Assembly (NCBI GenBank): GCA_038733315.1
Contig: JAVYPJ010000002.1
Span: forward strand, 128,001 to 192,000
Length of the DNA stretch: 64,000 nucleotides
Reading direction: 5' to 3'
From: Candidatus Aenigmatarchaeota archaeon
Lineage (GTDB): Archaea > Aenigmatarchaeota > Aenigmatarchaeia > CG10238-14 > SpSt-28
Position 1 is the stretch's first letter; each line of letters opens with the position of its first letter. This document shows positions 1 through 10,618 of the stretch, one piece after another. The position numbers and the translations under genes are program-made. Below the pieces are notes generated by a model. The model was given only the letters and a program-made list of their open reading frames with translations. It had not been told where the DNA came from and ran no database searches.

Positions 1-520
1 TTTCGTATGACCTGAATACTCTATCTATTATAGGCAGCTGAAACTGTATAAGTAAAGCAAGCTGGAGGTTTTTATATTTTCTGATAGTGCCTCTATAATG
101 TTCTAAAACTTTTTTTATGTAATGTTTTACCATTAAGATTTGAAATAATAGCTTATAATTTTTTATTTTTTCCAAATCTTTTTCGTTAGAAATTTTTTCT
201 ATATGCTTTTCTATTTTTTCATCGCTTTGCTCTATTATAAAATCTAATTTATTAACTATGCCATATGGATCTAAACTCGTTGGCTCTATTACAGAGAAAT
301 CTAGTTTTTCAAAGATTTTGTTAGCTGGCATTTTCGGATTTATTAATCTTAAAAATTTTCTTTTTGAGTTTTCTATTGAAATATAATATTTTTCGATTGC
401 AGAGTTAAGAAAATATAGCGATTGAGCTATTACTATCTTTGGATAAAATATGGACATAACAATAATAAGTAGCATAAACAAAATCCAATAAATATCTATT
501 GCTAAAACGCCAATTATCAT
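1..520 (-). CDS. DUF1512-family membrane-anchored protein (5' part; runs off window edge)
   Basis: Hand-translated open frame from ATG at 520: N-terminal TM helix, then IEPTSLDPYGIVNKLDFII and KKVLEHYRGTIRKYKNLQLALLIQFQLP, resembling archaeal DUF1512; not in the ORF track. Confidence 0.7.
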   Translation of the reverse strand, partial: MIIGVLAIDIYWILFMLLIIVMSIFYPKIVIAQSLYFLNSAIEKYYISIENSKRKFLRLINPKMPANKIFEKLDFSVIEPTSLDPYGIVNKLDFIIEQSDEKIEKHIEKISNEKDLEKIKNYKLLFQILMVKHYIKKVLEHYRGTIRKYKNLQLALLIQFQLPIIDRVFRSYE

Positions 521-556
521 ACATATTTTTATACTTTAAAGATTTATAAATACTTT

Positions 557-1210
557 ATGAAGGGATTTATAAAGCAGTTCGTACTTTTATTTGGCATAGT
601 GCTAATAACATATTTATTATTATTTTCTAAAAATCCCGTTTCTAACTATTTTCAAAGCTCTTTTAGCGGTTTATTTTCTCTTATTTTTCCTAAGGAAGAA
701 AAGACAATTTTCTTTGAAATTCAGCTAGAAAGTAATTCACAGCTTGAAATTAAAGGAATTTTCGATGTAGATATACATGGCACAATTAAAGAATTTAACA
801 TAGAGAAAATCTCTATGCAAAAAGAGTCTAAAAACATTTCTATGACAAGTTTGAAATGTGTAGATAGTTGCTTTCTCAAAAAATACGAAGAAACTTCTGA
901 ATTTTCTGGAAAACTTTCTGTTTTAAACTTAGATGATATTAAATTTTCTGGCTTAGAAAATTCTAACGTAAAGCTTCAGATGGAAAAAACAAAAGAAATA
1001 AAAATATTCCCGACTTCAAAATCCTTAGAAATTTGTTTATCAAACGCAAAGATAACTATTTCTTACGGAACTCATAAAGTTGAGCAAACAATTTATAGCG
1101 ATTGTGTATATTTAGATGGGATAAGCAAAGTTATATTTAATATAACTTTGGATAAGAGCATAATAAGCGGATACGTTAGTAGTTTTAAGTCAACATTCCT
1201 TAATATTTAA
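557..1210 (+). CDS. Hypothetical protein with N-terminal membrane anchor/signal
   Basis: 217-aa ORF with hydrophobic N-terminus and beta-rich remainder. Confidence 0.6.
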   Translation: MKGFIKQFVLLFGIVLITYLLLFSKNPVSNYFQSSFSGLFSLIFPKEEKTIFFEIQLESNSQLEIKGIFDVDIHGTIKEFNIEKISMQKESKNISMTSLKCVDSCFLKKYEETSEFSGKLSVLNLDDIKFSGLENSNVKLQMEKTKEIKIFPTSKSLEICLSNAKITISYGTHKVEQTIYSDCVYLDGISKVIFNITLDKSIISGYVSSFKSTFLNI

Positions 1211-1212
1211 AT

Positions 1213-1512
1213 ATGGAAGAGAAAAAAACAGATGAAGATATTCTAGAACTTCCTGAAAAAACAGAAGAGAAAAAGGATGTGATAAAAGTGGAAAAAGTCA
1301 TAGATATAAGAGATGTGGAAAGGGTAGTAAAAAAAGTTTTACAAAAAAGAATAGTTATAGCAAGTTTAAAAGAAATTAAAAATATATCGGATTATCAAAA
1401 CGTAATTAAAGAGTTTAAAAGATTTTCCAATCTTTATAAACTAAACTCTCTTTTGATAGATGAAAACCACCTTTTAATGACATCTAAGGATGTAATAATA
1501 GAAAAACTTTAA
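1213..1512 (+). CDS. sepF: Cell division protein SepF (archaeal DUF552 type)
   Basis: Acidic N-tail then IKVEKVIDIRDVERVVKKV...IVIASL...DENHLLMTSKDVII pattern. Confidence 0.65.
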   Translation: MEEKKTDEDILELPEKTEEKKDVIKVEKVIDIRDVERVVKKVLQKRIVIASLKEIKNISDYQNVIKEFKRFSNLYKLNSLLIDENHLLMTSKDVIIEKL

Positions 1513-1563
1513 GTTTTTTTATAAAACTTTTAAAAATTTAAATATTATTGTAACTATTATTTA

Positions 1564-2937
1564 ATGGTAAATATAAAGGTGGAAATGGCGTTAGAAAAAG
1601 AGTATCCATTAATAGAAATTATAGCCGATGAAAGGTTTGGGAAAGATTTTTTAAAGGGATTTAATTTTAAAATAGTTGAGGAGGAAAAGGGAAAACAAAT
1701 AATATATGTTAGCTTATTGAAAAACGAAATGAAATTAGCTAGCAAAATAATAGAAATAATAAATTTTCTAAAAATAGATAAGGTTTGCATAGATGTTTCA
1801 ATACTAAGCACTAATATAAAAAAAGAAAATTTCGTAGAAAGTCTATACTTATCTTCTTATGAATTTACAACATATAAAACAAAGAAGGATGAAAGAAAGG
1901 TGATAATAAAAGTTTATGGGATTGATAGAGTAGCACTTTCAAAAACAAAAATACTTTCTAAGGCAGTTTATATTGCTAGAGATTTGGGTAATGAACCATC
2001 TAACAAATTATATCCGCAGGCTTTTGTAGAAAGAGTTTACGAAATATTTGAAGATAGTCCAGATATTTATATAGAGTCTTTAAATGAAATCGATTTAGAA
2101 AGAGAAAAATTAGAAGGTATTTTATCTGTAGGAAATTCTTCTAAGAACAAACCTAGACTATTAATTCTGAAATATTTTAGAGCAGAGGATAGGAATCAAA
2201 AACCTATTCTATTGGTTGGTAAGGGCATATGCTTTGATGCTGGCGGAATTAATGTAAAACCTGCTGAATATATGGTTGATATGTATGCAGATAAAAGTGG
2301 TGCTGCGGTGGTTGTTGGAATATTATATGCAGTTTCAAAATTGGGCTTACCAATAAATATTGTTGCAACCATACCTTTAGCAGAAAATGTTATTAGCGAA
2401 AGCTCTATTAAACAGAGCGATATAATAAGGATAGGGGATAAAAATGTAGAAATAGTTCATACAGACGCAGAAGGTAGATTATTAATAGCCGATGCTATTC
2501 AGTATGGGATAAAGAAATTTAATCCAATATTAATAATCGATATAGCGACTTTAACTGGTGCTCAAATAGTTGCTTTGGGCTATAAAATAGCAGCTTTATT
2601 TTCTAACGATACCGAAATGTCTAAGAAAATGTTTGAGGTTAGTAAGAGAAAAAGAGAATATGTTTGGAAAATGCCAATTCCGAATTTTTATAGAGAATTG
2701 ATTAAGAGTGAAAGAGCTGATATAGTTAACATTAAATCACCATCTTCTAGAGATGCTGGTAGCATTGTTGGCGCATTATTTATTAAAGAGTTCGTAAAAG
2801 ATAAAAAATGGATTCATTTAGACGTTGCAGGACCAGCAATCTCTCCAAAAAAGGATGGATGGATTAATAAAGGATCTACAGGTTTTGGAGTAAGATTAAT
2901 TACAGAATTTTTATTAGAGATTTCAAAATCGATTTAA
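1564..2937 (+). CDS. pepA: Leucyl aminopeptidase (M17)
   Basis: VGKGICFDAGG, DKSGAA, HTDAEGRL, DIATLTGA, WIHLDVAG motifs. Confidence 0.95.
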   Translation: MVNIKVEMALEKEYPLIEIIADERFGKDFLKGFNFKIVEEEKGKQIIYVSLLKNEMKLASKIIEIINFLKIDKVCIDVSILSTNIKKENFVESLYLSSYEFTTYKTKKDERKVIIKVYGIDRVALSKTKILSKAVYIARDLGNEPSNKLYPQAFVERVYEIFEDSPDIYIESLNEIDLEREKLEGILSVGNSSKNKPRLLILKYFRAEDRNQKPILLVGKGICFDAGGINVKPAEYMVDMYADKSGAAVVVGILYAVSKLGLPINIVATIPLAENVISESSIKQSDIIRIGDKNVEIVHTDAEGRLLIADAIQYGIKKFNPILIIDIATLTGAQIVALGYKIAALFSNDTEMSKKMFEVSKRKREYVWKMPIPNFYRELIKSERADIVNIKSPSSRDAGSIVGALFIKEFVKDKKWIHLDVAGPAISPKKDGWINKGSTGFGVRLITEFLLEISKSI

Positions 2938-2960
2938 ATAAACTCATAGAACAATTTCTT

Positions 2961-4790
2961 ATGGAGCAAGATGTATTAAAGCAAATAGAGATGGCTGAAA
3001 AGATTTGCTTAGATACATCTATAGTTATTGATAAGTTTTTGAGTAAGAATCTTGATAAATTTAAAAATTTGAAAAAAATAATAATTCCAATTCCAACCCT
3101 AGACGAACTGCAAAACCAAGCTTCTAAGGGTAGAAAAGAGGGTTTTATAGGACTAAACGAAATTAAAGAAATTAGAGAAAAAGTCTTGGATAAAAAAATT
3201 TCTATAGAATTTTCTGGAGAAAGACCAAGCTTAGAGGATATTAAATTGGCTAGAAGCGGAAGAATAGATAGTTTAATAAGGGAAATTGCGAAAAAAGAGG
3301 ATGCGTACTTATTAACTGCAGATTTTGTTCAGAGCTTAGTTGCTGAGGCAGAAGGAGTAAAAGTAATATATATAGCACCTCAAATATTTGTAAAAGAAAA
3401 ATTAAAGTTCGAAGAATTTTTTGATAATGAAACTTTAAGCATACATCTAAAAGAAAAAGTAATACCTTTTGCTAAAAGAGGCAAACCAGGAAATTGGAAA
3501 TTAGTAAAATTAGCAGAAAATCCTTTATCTAAGGAAGAAATTGAGGAAATTATTAGAGAAATAGTTGAGTTCGCTAGAAGAGATGAAAACTCATATTTCG
3601 AAATAGTTAGAGAGGGTAGCATGGTAATACAAATGAAAAATTATAGAATTGCTATAGCTATGCCGCCCTTTTCAGATGGATATGAAGTTACAGTAGTTAG
3701 GCCAATAGTAAAATTAAGGTTAGAAGATTATAAACCAACTAAAAGATTATTAGAAAGGTTAGAAAAAAAGGCAGAGGGTATAATAATTTGTGGGCCTCCT
3801 GGATCTGGTAAATCTACTTTTTGCAGCTCTTTAATAGAGTTTTATCTTAATATGGGAAAAATAGTTAAAACCTTAGAAAGTCCAAGAGATTTGCAAGTTC
3901 CTGAAGAAGTTACTCAATATGGTCCGTTAGAGAATTCTTTTGAAAAAACAGCAGATATATTGTTATTAGTTAGGCCAGATTATGTTGCTTTTGATGAAAT
4001 AAGAAAAACAAAGGATTTCGAAATTTTTGCAGATTTAAGGTTAGCTGGAATTGGAATGATTGGAGTAGTGCATGCAAGCGAAGCTATAGATGCTATTCAA
4101 AGATTTTTAAGCAGATATGAATTAGGAATGCTACCGCATATAGTTGATACAATAATTTTTATAAAAGATGGAGAGATTAAAAAAATTTTAACCTTAGAAA
4201 TAAAAGTTAAAGTTCCTACAGGAATGACTGAAGAAGATTTAGCTAGGCCTGTTGTTGAAGTAAGGGATTTTGAAAGCGGTAAGCTTGAATATGAAATTTA
4301 TACTTTTGGAGAAGAGAATGTTGTAGTTCCTATAAAAGAAGAAAAGAAAAGTGCAATCTACGAATTAGCAAAACAAAAAATTATGGATGTTATTAGGAAG
4401 TTTGATGAAAGGGCAGAGATAGAGTTTATAAGCGAAAACAGAGTTTTAATAAGGGTAGATAATGAAAATCTGCCAAAGATTATTGGAAAAGAAGGCAGTA
4501 GGATTAAAAAAATTGAAGAAATGTTAGGAATTTCCATAGATGTAGAACCAAAAATCCCTTCACTAGGAAAGAAAGTAGATTTCTTAATATCTGAAAGCGG
4601 AAATTCTCTTATATTCAGATTTTTGCAAAAACTATCTGGAAAAAATGTAAAGTTTTATGTAAATGATAAGTTTTTGTTCTCGGCAAATGTTGGCAAAGAT
4701 AATACAATAAGATTAAATAAGAATAATGAGTTTGGTGAAATGTTAATGAAAGCTATTATTAAGAAGGAAAAAATAGAAGCCTTTGTTTAA
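2961..4790 (+). CDS. PINA: PIN-domain / P-loop ATPase / KH-domain protein
   Basis: N-terminal LDTSIVID PIN, GPPGSGKST Walker A, LLVRPDY..FDEIR, C-terminal IIGKEG KH motif. Confidence 0.92.
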   Translation: MEQDVLKQIEMAEKICLDTSIVIDKFLSKNLDKFKNLKKIIIPIPTLDELQNQASKGRKEGFIGLNEIKEIREKVLDKKISIEFSGERPSLEDIKLARSGRIDSLIREIAKKEDAYLLTADFVQSLVAEAEGVKVIYIAPQIFVKEKLKFEEFFDNETLSIHLKEKVIPFAKRGKPGNWKLVKLAENPLSKEEIEEIIREIVEFARRDENSYFEIVREGSMVIQMKNYRIAIAMPPFSDGYEVTVVRPIVKLRLEDYKPTKRLLERLEKKAEGIIICGPPGSGKSTFCSSLIEFYLNMGKIVKTLESPRDLQVPEEVTQYGPLENSFEKTADILLLVRPDYVAFDEIRKTKDFEIFADLRLAGIGMIGVVHASEAIDAIQRFLSRYELGMLPHIVDTIIFIKDGEIKKILTLEIKVKVPTGMTEEDLARPVVEVRDFESGKLEYEIYTFGEENVVVPIKEEKKSAIYELAKQKIMDVIRKFDERAEIEFISENRVLIRVDNENLPKIIGKEGSRIKKIEEMLGISIDVEPKIPSLGKKVDFLISESGNSLIFRFLQKLSGKNVKFYVNDKFLFSANVGKDNTIRLNKNNEFGEMLMKAIIKKEKIEAFV

Positions 4791-4796
4791 AAGTTT

Positions 4797-6038
4797 TTAA
4801 ATATAACCTCTAATTTTTGCCGATTTGTAAAGCCTCTCCATAGCAATAGATATTGCAGCTTCTCTAAGATTATTTAAATTTTCCTCTTCAAATTTTTTAT
4901 AAACATTTTCGAACGAATTTTTTAAAATTTTCTCCAACTCTTTTTTATTTTTTTCTTCATCCCAAATATACCAGCTTATGTTTTGAATCCATTCTAAGTA
5001 AGAAGCAATTACTCCGCCTGAGTTTGCTAATATATCTGGCACTATAGTAATACCTTTTTTACTTAATTCTAATTCAGCTTCTTGCTGTGTTGGATTATTC
5101 GCACCTTCAACTATTATTTTTGCATTTATTCTGTTAAAGTTTTTATCCGTAATTATATTTTCTATTGAAGCTGGTATAAGTATATCGCAATTTACATACA
5201 GCGAAAAATTGGTATCTTCGATTTTCTTTGCGTTTTTATACTCTATAATTTTTCCACATTTTTCTTTTATCTTAATAATTTCATTTATTTTTAAACCGTT
5301 TTCATCATAAATAGTTCCAGAACTATCAGAAATAGAAACAATCTTTGCACCAAATCTTTCTAGCCAATACGCAGCCCATTTACCAACGTTACCAAAGCCA
5401 TGAATGGAAATAGCTTTATTTTCAATTCCATCGAGCAATTTTTCTGAAATTAGTTTAGAGATAAAGGCAACTCCATAGCCTGTCGAATACTCTCTTATTG
5501 GATTTCCAAAAAGATCCATAGGTTTAGAAGTAAACGCAGCAAAAGTGTTATAACCTTCGATTTTACTTAACTCATCTACCATCCAGGCCATTATTTGTGA
5601 GTTTGTTCCTAAGTCTGGTGCAGGTATATCTATCTCATTTCCAATAATTAATCGAATAGCTCTAACATATTCTCTGCTTAATTTTTCTAGTTCTTCTGAA
5701 TTTAACTCCTTTGGATTAACCTTTATAGCTCCCTTAGCACCTCCATAAGGTAAGTTAGCTAGGCTATTTTTTAATGTCATTATCATTGCAAGAGCAATAT
5801 CATCCTCTAGAGTTACATTTTCGTAAAATCTTATGCCTCCTTTATATGGCCCTAAAAAATTGTTGTGTTGCACTCTATAAGCTTCAAAAATTTTTAACCC
5901 TTTAGAAGTTTTAATCGGTAAGTGAGTTATTAAAACTCTTTGAGGTTTAATTATTAATTCTTCGAATTCTTTCGGATAGTTGTTTAATTCTATCCCTCTT
6001 CTATATATTTTTACTACGTTATTTAACATAGAACTCAT
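4797..6038 (-). CDS. gdhA: Glutamate dehydrogenase
   Basis: GPYKGGIRF, LPYGGAKG, DIPAPD, GFGNVG, EGANNP, PDILANSGGV. Confidence 0.95.
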   Translation of the reverse strand: MSSMLNNVVKIYRRGIELNNYPKEFEELIIKPQRVLITHLPIKTSKGLKIFEAYRVQHNNFLGPYKGGIRFYENVTLEDDIALAMIMTLKNSLANLPYGGAKGAIKVNPKELNSEELEKLSREYVRAIRLIIGNEIDIPAPDLGTNSQIMAWMVDELSKIEGYNTFAAFTSKPMDLFGNPIREYSTGYGVAFISKLISEKLLDGIENKAISIHGFGNVGKWAAYWLERFGAKIVSISDSSGTIYDENGLKINEIIKIKEKCGKIIEYKNAKKIEDTNFSLYVNCDILIPASIENIITDKNFNRINAKIIVEGANNPTQQEAELELSKKGITIVPDILANSGGVIASYLEWIQNISWYIWDEEKNKKELEKILKNSFENVYKKFEEENLNNLREAAISIAMERLYKSAKIRGYI

Positions 6039-6282
6039 AATATTTCTTCTCTTTAAATAAATCTTTAATAAGTTTCGAGATCAGAATTTCAACAGTTTTT
6101 TACTAGGGTTTCCAAAATAACCTTATGAATATTAATAAACCAATCTTTCACATAACGTTTAATTTATAATCTCTTTGTGTGTTTACTCATAAAAAATTCG
6201 AATTTCACTCTCTGGATTTTCTTATGATTCAATTTTTATAGTAAACATAGAATTCATAAAAGATAGTATCAAAAATTATTTT

Positions 6283-8817
6283 ATGGATTTGCCTAAAAAA
6301 GTTATAAAAAGGGAAAACTATTCGCAAGATTTTAAAACAGAAAAGATTGAAAATGCAATCAAAAGGGCTTTAATTGCGAGCAATAAATTTGATGAAAATT
6401 TATTAAAAAATTTAACAAATCAAGCATTAAATAAAATATCTCAAAAATTTAAAGATAAATATCCGCATGTAGAAGAAATTCAAGATATTATAGAGCAAGT
6501 CTTAATAGAAAATAATCTATACGAAACTTCTAAGGCCTTTATTTTATATAGAAAAGAAAGAGAAAAAATAAGAGAAGAAAAGAAAAAAATACTAAATAAA
6601 GAATTCTTAGATGAAATCGATAAAAGGTTTTCTGTTAATGCATTAAGAGTTCTTTCATCTAGATATTTATTAAGGGATGAAAATGGTAAAATTATAGAAT
6701 CGCCAAAGCAATTATTTGAAAGGGTTGCTGCATTAGTTGTAATATCGGACATACTTTATGATGAAAAAATTTTCGATAAAGATGGCAAACAAAAAATTCA
6801 TGAATATGAAGAGTTCGATGTTAAAAATTTCGAAGGAAAGATATCCCTAGCAAAAAAAGTTTTTTGGAATAAATATCATTTAGAAAGAATGAAGGCTTTA
6901 TACGATGAATTAAATTCTCAGCAAAAAATGAAAGTTCGTTGGAGTGAGTTTTTAAAAATGCTAGAAAATGGAGAATTTGATAAATATTACGAAAATTTTT
7001 TAGAGTATTTTAATCTAATGGCATATAAAAAATTTTTTCCAAACTCTCCTACACTATTTAATGCAGCAACAAAATTGGGAATGTTAAGTGCATGTTTTGT
7101 TTTAGATGTTGAGGATAGTATAGAAAGTATAATGGATCTTTCAAAAAACATAGGTATAATATTTAAAGCTGGTGGTGGTGTTGGGGTGAATTATTCTAAA
7201 ATAAGACCAGAGGGCGATATTATAAGAAGTACCTTTGGTATTGCTAGTGGCCCAATTTCTTTTATGAGACTTATAGATAATTTAACTAATATAATTAAAA
7301 GTGGTGGAAAAAGAAGAGGGGCAAATATGGGAATATTAGAAATATGGCATCCAGACATAGAGAAATTTATTTCCTCAAAGAATAATGAAGGTTTTTTAGA
7401 AAATTTTAACATTTCTGTTTTAATTAATGAAAGGTTTATTAAAGCTTTTGAAAATAATGAAGAATTTGAGTTAATTAATCCTAGAGACGGAAAGGTTTGG
7501 AAAAGGATTAATGCAAGGGATTTGTTTATGGAAATTGCAAAAAATGCATGGAATTCTGCAGAGCCTGGAGTACTTTTTTTAGAAAATATTAATAAGTATA
7601 ACGTAATGAAAGAATCTTATGGATTAATCAAAGCAACAAATCCTTGTGGAGAGGTTCCACAATATCCTTATGAAAGCTGCAACTTAGGTTCAATAAATTT
7701 ATACGCATTTATTAAAAGAGAAAATGATAAAACTTATTTTGATTGGAATGAATTTATTCAAACAATTAAAATTGCAACTAGATTTTTAGATAATGTTATT
7801 GATGTAAACAACTTTCCTTTAAAAGAAATTGGAGAAAAAACAAAAAAGCTGAGAAGAATTGGCTTAGGAATAATGGGGTTAGCTGAAACTTTGTTTGCAC
7901 TAAAAATTAGATATAATAGCGAAGAGGGTTTTGAGTTTATGAGAAAAATTGGAGAAACCTTAGCTTATTACGCTACTTTAACTTCAATTGAATTAGCAGA
8001 AAAAAGAGGAAGTTATCCAGAATTTGAAAAAAGCTTACATTCTAAAGGATTCCTAGGATTTAGAGGTGTATATGAATTAGAAAAAACATATTATGATTGG
8101 AATGAAATAAAAGAAAAAGTAAAAAGCGGAATTAGAAATGTTGCGGTAATTAGTATTGCTCCTACTGGCACTATTTCTATGATTGCGGACACTTCAGCTG
8201 GTATTGAGCCACAATTTTCTTTAGTTTTTGAAAAGGAAGTTAGCATAGGAAAATTTTATTACATTGATTACGAATTAGAAATGCAATTAAAAGAGAGAGG
8301 ATTATATAAAGAGGAAATAATTAAAAAAATTTCGGAAAGTGGAAGCATTCAAAGTATTGAAGAAATTCCGAATGATATGAAAGAATACTTTGTTATTGCT
8401 TACGAAATTCCTTGGCAAGATCACTTAAGAGCTCAATACGAATTTAGTTTTTGGGTTGATAATGGAATAAGTAAAACTATAAATATGCCTTTCGAAACTT
8501 CTTGGAAAGATGTTTTAAACGCTTTTTATTCTGCTTATAAGCTGGGATTAAAAGGGGTAACAATATTTAGAGAGGGTTCAAGAATCCCTGTTTATAAGTT
8601 TATGCATTCAATCAAAAAAATTTTTTATAATGAAAAAACATTAGAAATGCTAAAATCGTTTAGTGTAGAAGTAAAATCATTAGAAGAAAAAGATTTTTCG
8701 AAAAAAATTGAAAACAAAATTTTTAGATGCCCAAATTGTGGGAGTAATCTAATTGTTTTTAGAGAAAATTGCTTAAATTGCCTAGAGTGTAGTTGGAATA
8801 CATGCTTGTTGGGATAA
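6283..8817 (+). CDS. nrdJ: Class II (adenosylcobalamin-dependent) ribonucleotide reductase with N-terminal ATP-cone
   Basis: VIKR ATP-cone, [36 protein letters not shown]-terminal CxxC Zn-ribbon. Confidence 0.92.
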   Translation: MDLPKKVIKRENYSQDFKTEKIENAIKRALIASNKFDENLLKNLTNQALNKISQKFKDKYPHVEEIQDIIEQVLIENNLYETSKAFILYRKEREKIREEKKKILNKEFLDEIDKRFSVNALRVLSSRYLLRDENGKIIESPKQLFERVAALVVISDILYDEKIFDKDGKQKIHEYEEFDVKNFEGKISLAKKVFWNKYHLERMKALYDELNSQQKMKVRWSEFLKMLENGEFDKYYENFLEYFNLMAYKKFFPNSPTLFNAATKLGMLSACFVLDVEDSIESIMDLSKNIGIIFKAGGGVGVNYSKIRPEGDIIRSTFGIASGPISFMRLIDNLTNIIKSGGKRRGANMGILEIWHPDIEKFISSKNNEGFLENFNISVLINERFIKAFENNEEFELINPRDGKVWKRINARDLFMEIAKNAWNSAEPGVLFLENINKYNVMKESYGLIKATNPCGEVPQYPYESCNLGSINLYAFIKRENDKTYFDWNEFIQTIKIATRFLDNVIDVNNFPLKEIGEKTKKLRRIGLGIMGLAETLFALKIRYNSEEGFEFMRKIGETLAYYATLTSIELAEKRGSYPEFEKSLHSKGFLGFRGVYELEKTYYDWNEIKEKVKSGIRNVAVISIAPTGTISMIADTSAGIEPQFSLVFEKEVSIGKFYYIDYELEMQLKERGLYKEEIIKKISESGSIQSIEEIPNDMKEYFVIAYEIPWQDHLRAQYEFSFWVDNGISKTINMPFETSWKDVLNAFYSAYKLGLKGVTIFREGSRIPVYKFMHSIKKIFYNEKTLEMLKSFSVEVKSLEEKDFSKKIENKIFRCPNCGSNLIVFRENCLNCLECSWNTCLLG

Positions 8818-8835
8818 AAAGTAAAAGGTCTAGTA

Positions 8836-9846
8836 TTAGATAGGAATTGCCATGCAAATGTTGTTAATACACTTTATTCTTAAATTACCGGCAATACCGC
8901 TACAAAAATCTGGACATTGTCTTGATGTATCGATAAATCTCTTATTTCCGATAGCACATTTACCTGTTTCTCTATCAACTCCACATGCACAGTCTTCATC
9001 TAATTGACAATACATTTTCATTGCTTCTGGAGGAAGACCAGGAATTTCTGAAGTTTCTCCGCTACAAGCTTTAAGGTCGTTATCAGTAAAATTTGGAAGT
9101 CCACCATCCATTCCAAAATCAGTTAAATTAATTACTCTTCTATAATCTCCAATCGTCTCACTATTCATAACAAGATAAGTTGGAACTTCTCCTGAGAGCC
9201 AAAGCTCATTAACAATTTTATTACCTTCGAAAGTAGTTTCCCTTCTAAATTTATATACTTCGATTTGTTTTCCAGATTCTAAGGTTATTTTTCCTTTACC
9301 TATAAAATTCCATTCAGAGGTTTTAACGATGTATTCATTTTCCAAATTTTTCCTAGAGAATTCTTCATAAGGTATACCACTAATACTCGTTGGCAGTTGT
9401 TTTAGACAGAGTGTTGGGGTTTTTTCTTTTTTAATTAGATAAACCGTCTCACTATTTTCCGGGCTAAATAGGATTGCAAAAGAGTAACCTTCAATGGCAC
9501 TTCCCTCTTTTCCATCTAGCTCAATCCCAACGTATTCTTTACCCTCGATTGGAAGAGAAATAAGTTTAACTAATAACTTACCTGTTACTTGGGTTTCGCT
9601 TTTTCTTTGAATTATTATACTATAGCCCTCTATTTTATACTCTGCCCAGGCACCTTTTTTAAAGCCAATTCCTTTAATTTTAATAGTATTTTCTGGTGTT
9701 ATAGTGCCAATATCTTTTTCAGATATTTCCTTTTCAGTTAATTGCTCCTCAGTTTTTTGAATGCTTCCCGTAAACAAAAAAGTCGCCCCAATTAATATCG
9801 CAACGGTTACTCCAATTAAAGCAAGGATTAAAAAGACATTAGTCAT
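8836..9846 (-). CDS. Membrane-anchored extracellular protein with C-terminal eight-cysteine domain
   Basis: N-terminal TM; last ~60 aa contain 8 Cys (YCQLDEDCACG...CPDFC...CINNIC). Confidence 0.65.
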   Translation of the reverse strand: MTNVFLILALIGVTVAILIGATFLFTGSIQKTEEQLTEKEISEKDIGTITPENTIKIKGIGFKKGAWAEYKIEGYSIIIQRKSETQVTGKLLVKLISLPIEGKEYVGIELDGKEGSAIEGYSFAILFSPENSETVYLIKKEKTPTLCLKQLPTSISGIPYEEFSRKNLENEYIVKTSEWNFIGKGKITLESGKQIEVYKFRRETTFEGNKIVNELWLSGEVPTYLVMNSETIGDYRRVINLTDFGMDGGLPNFTDNDLKACSGETSEIPGLPPEAMKMYCQLDEDCACGVDRETGKCAIGNKRFIDTSRQCPDFCSGIAGNLRIKCINNICMAIPI

Positions 9847-9886
9847 AGATTAATAGTGTATTGAAAAAGTATAAATATTTATTTAA

Positions 9887-10156
9887 ACTTATTTTAAAAC
9901 ATACTTTTACGATGTAAGGTAAGATTTTTTGATAATAAAAAAAGGTGTTTTTATGCCAAGAGAAACTATTTTATCCTATGAAAAAATACAGAATGTGTAT
10001 GTAGATCAAGATTTATTTGATAGAATTTTTAATTTATATGATGTTCATCTTTCAACAATAGGTCGCGTTTTACAAATGGAGCTGCACATAGATGGCATTT
10101 CAAAGGAAACTGCTGAAAGATTGAAAAGTTTTTTGTTAGGAAGAGTAAGGATTTAA
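9887..10156 (+). pseudogene. Remnant of bacterial PH-domain (bPH_2) membrane protein
   Basis: Frame reads TYFKTYFYDVR*DFLIIKKGVF...YEKIQNVYVDQDLFDRIFNL with in-frame TAA at 9920-9922; N-terminal TM part absent. Confidence 0.6.
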
Positions 10157-10428
10157 AAACTAATGCTAGAGTCAAAATTTGTAAATTAGGGGGAGGGGGA
10201 ATAGAAGGATAGTAAAAAATAGAATAGTGATAGATTTAATGTTGGTTTTTTTTTCAGAAGGTGGCGAAATATGGATATATGGTGATTATAAAAGAATACA
10301 TAAACATTGCAAAGCAAAGGTTTATCATAAGGGAAAACTTATCGAGACAGTTTAATTGACACTTTGAAAATCAAAATACTCTGAGTTATTAAATTTTTCT
10401 GAATTTCTTGATAATTTAAATTTTATAA

Positions 10429-10512
10429 GCAGGGGTGGCCGAGCGGTCAAAGGCGGCAGGCTCAGAACCTGCTGGCTTAGTGCCTTCGTGGGTTCGAATC
10501 CCACCCCCTGCA
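10429..10512 (+). tRNA. tRNA-Leu(CAG)
   Basis: Cloverleaf; anticodon arm GCAGG-CTCAGAA-CCTGC; long variable arm; GGTTCGAATCC; no encoded CCA. Confidence 0.96.
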
Positions 10513-10618
10513 AACATGTTTCTCAAAATTTAAACTTTAAAAAATTTAAGTATAACAATGTTATAAATTTTATGATACAGCTAATAAAAATCAAAAAAAT
10601 TAAAAAGTCTATAGTAAA

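Noticed and set aside
6039..6282. 244-bp intergenic region as replication origin or ncRNA
   Set aside because: No ORB-like repeats, no GC-rich structure and no cdc6 nearby; explained by divergent promoters
6730..7000. Insertion in NrdJ as a possible intein
   Set aside because: No Cys/Ser start or His-Asn end; looks like an ordinary archaeal NrdJ insert
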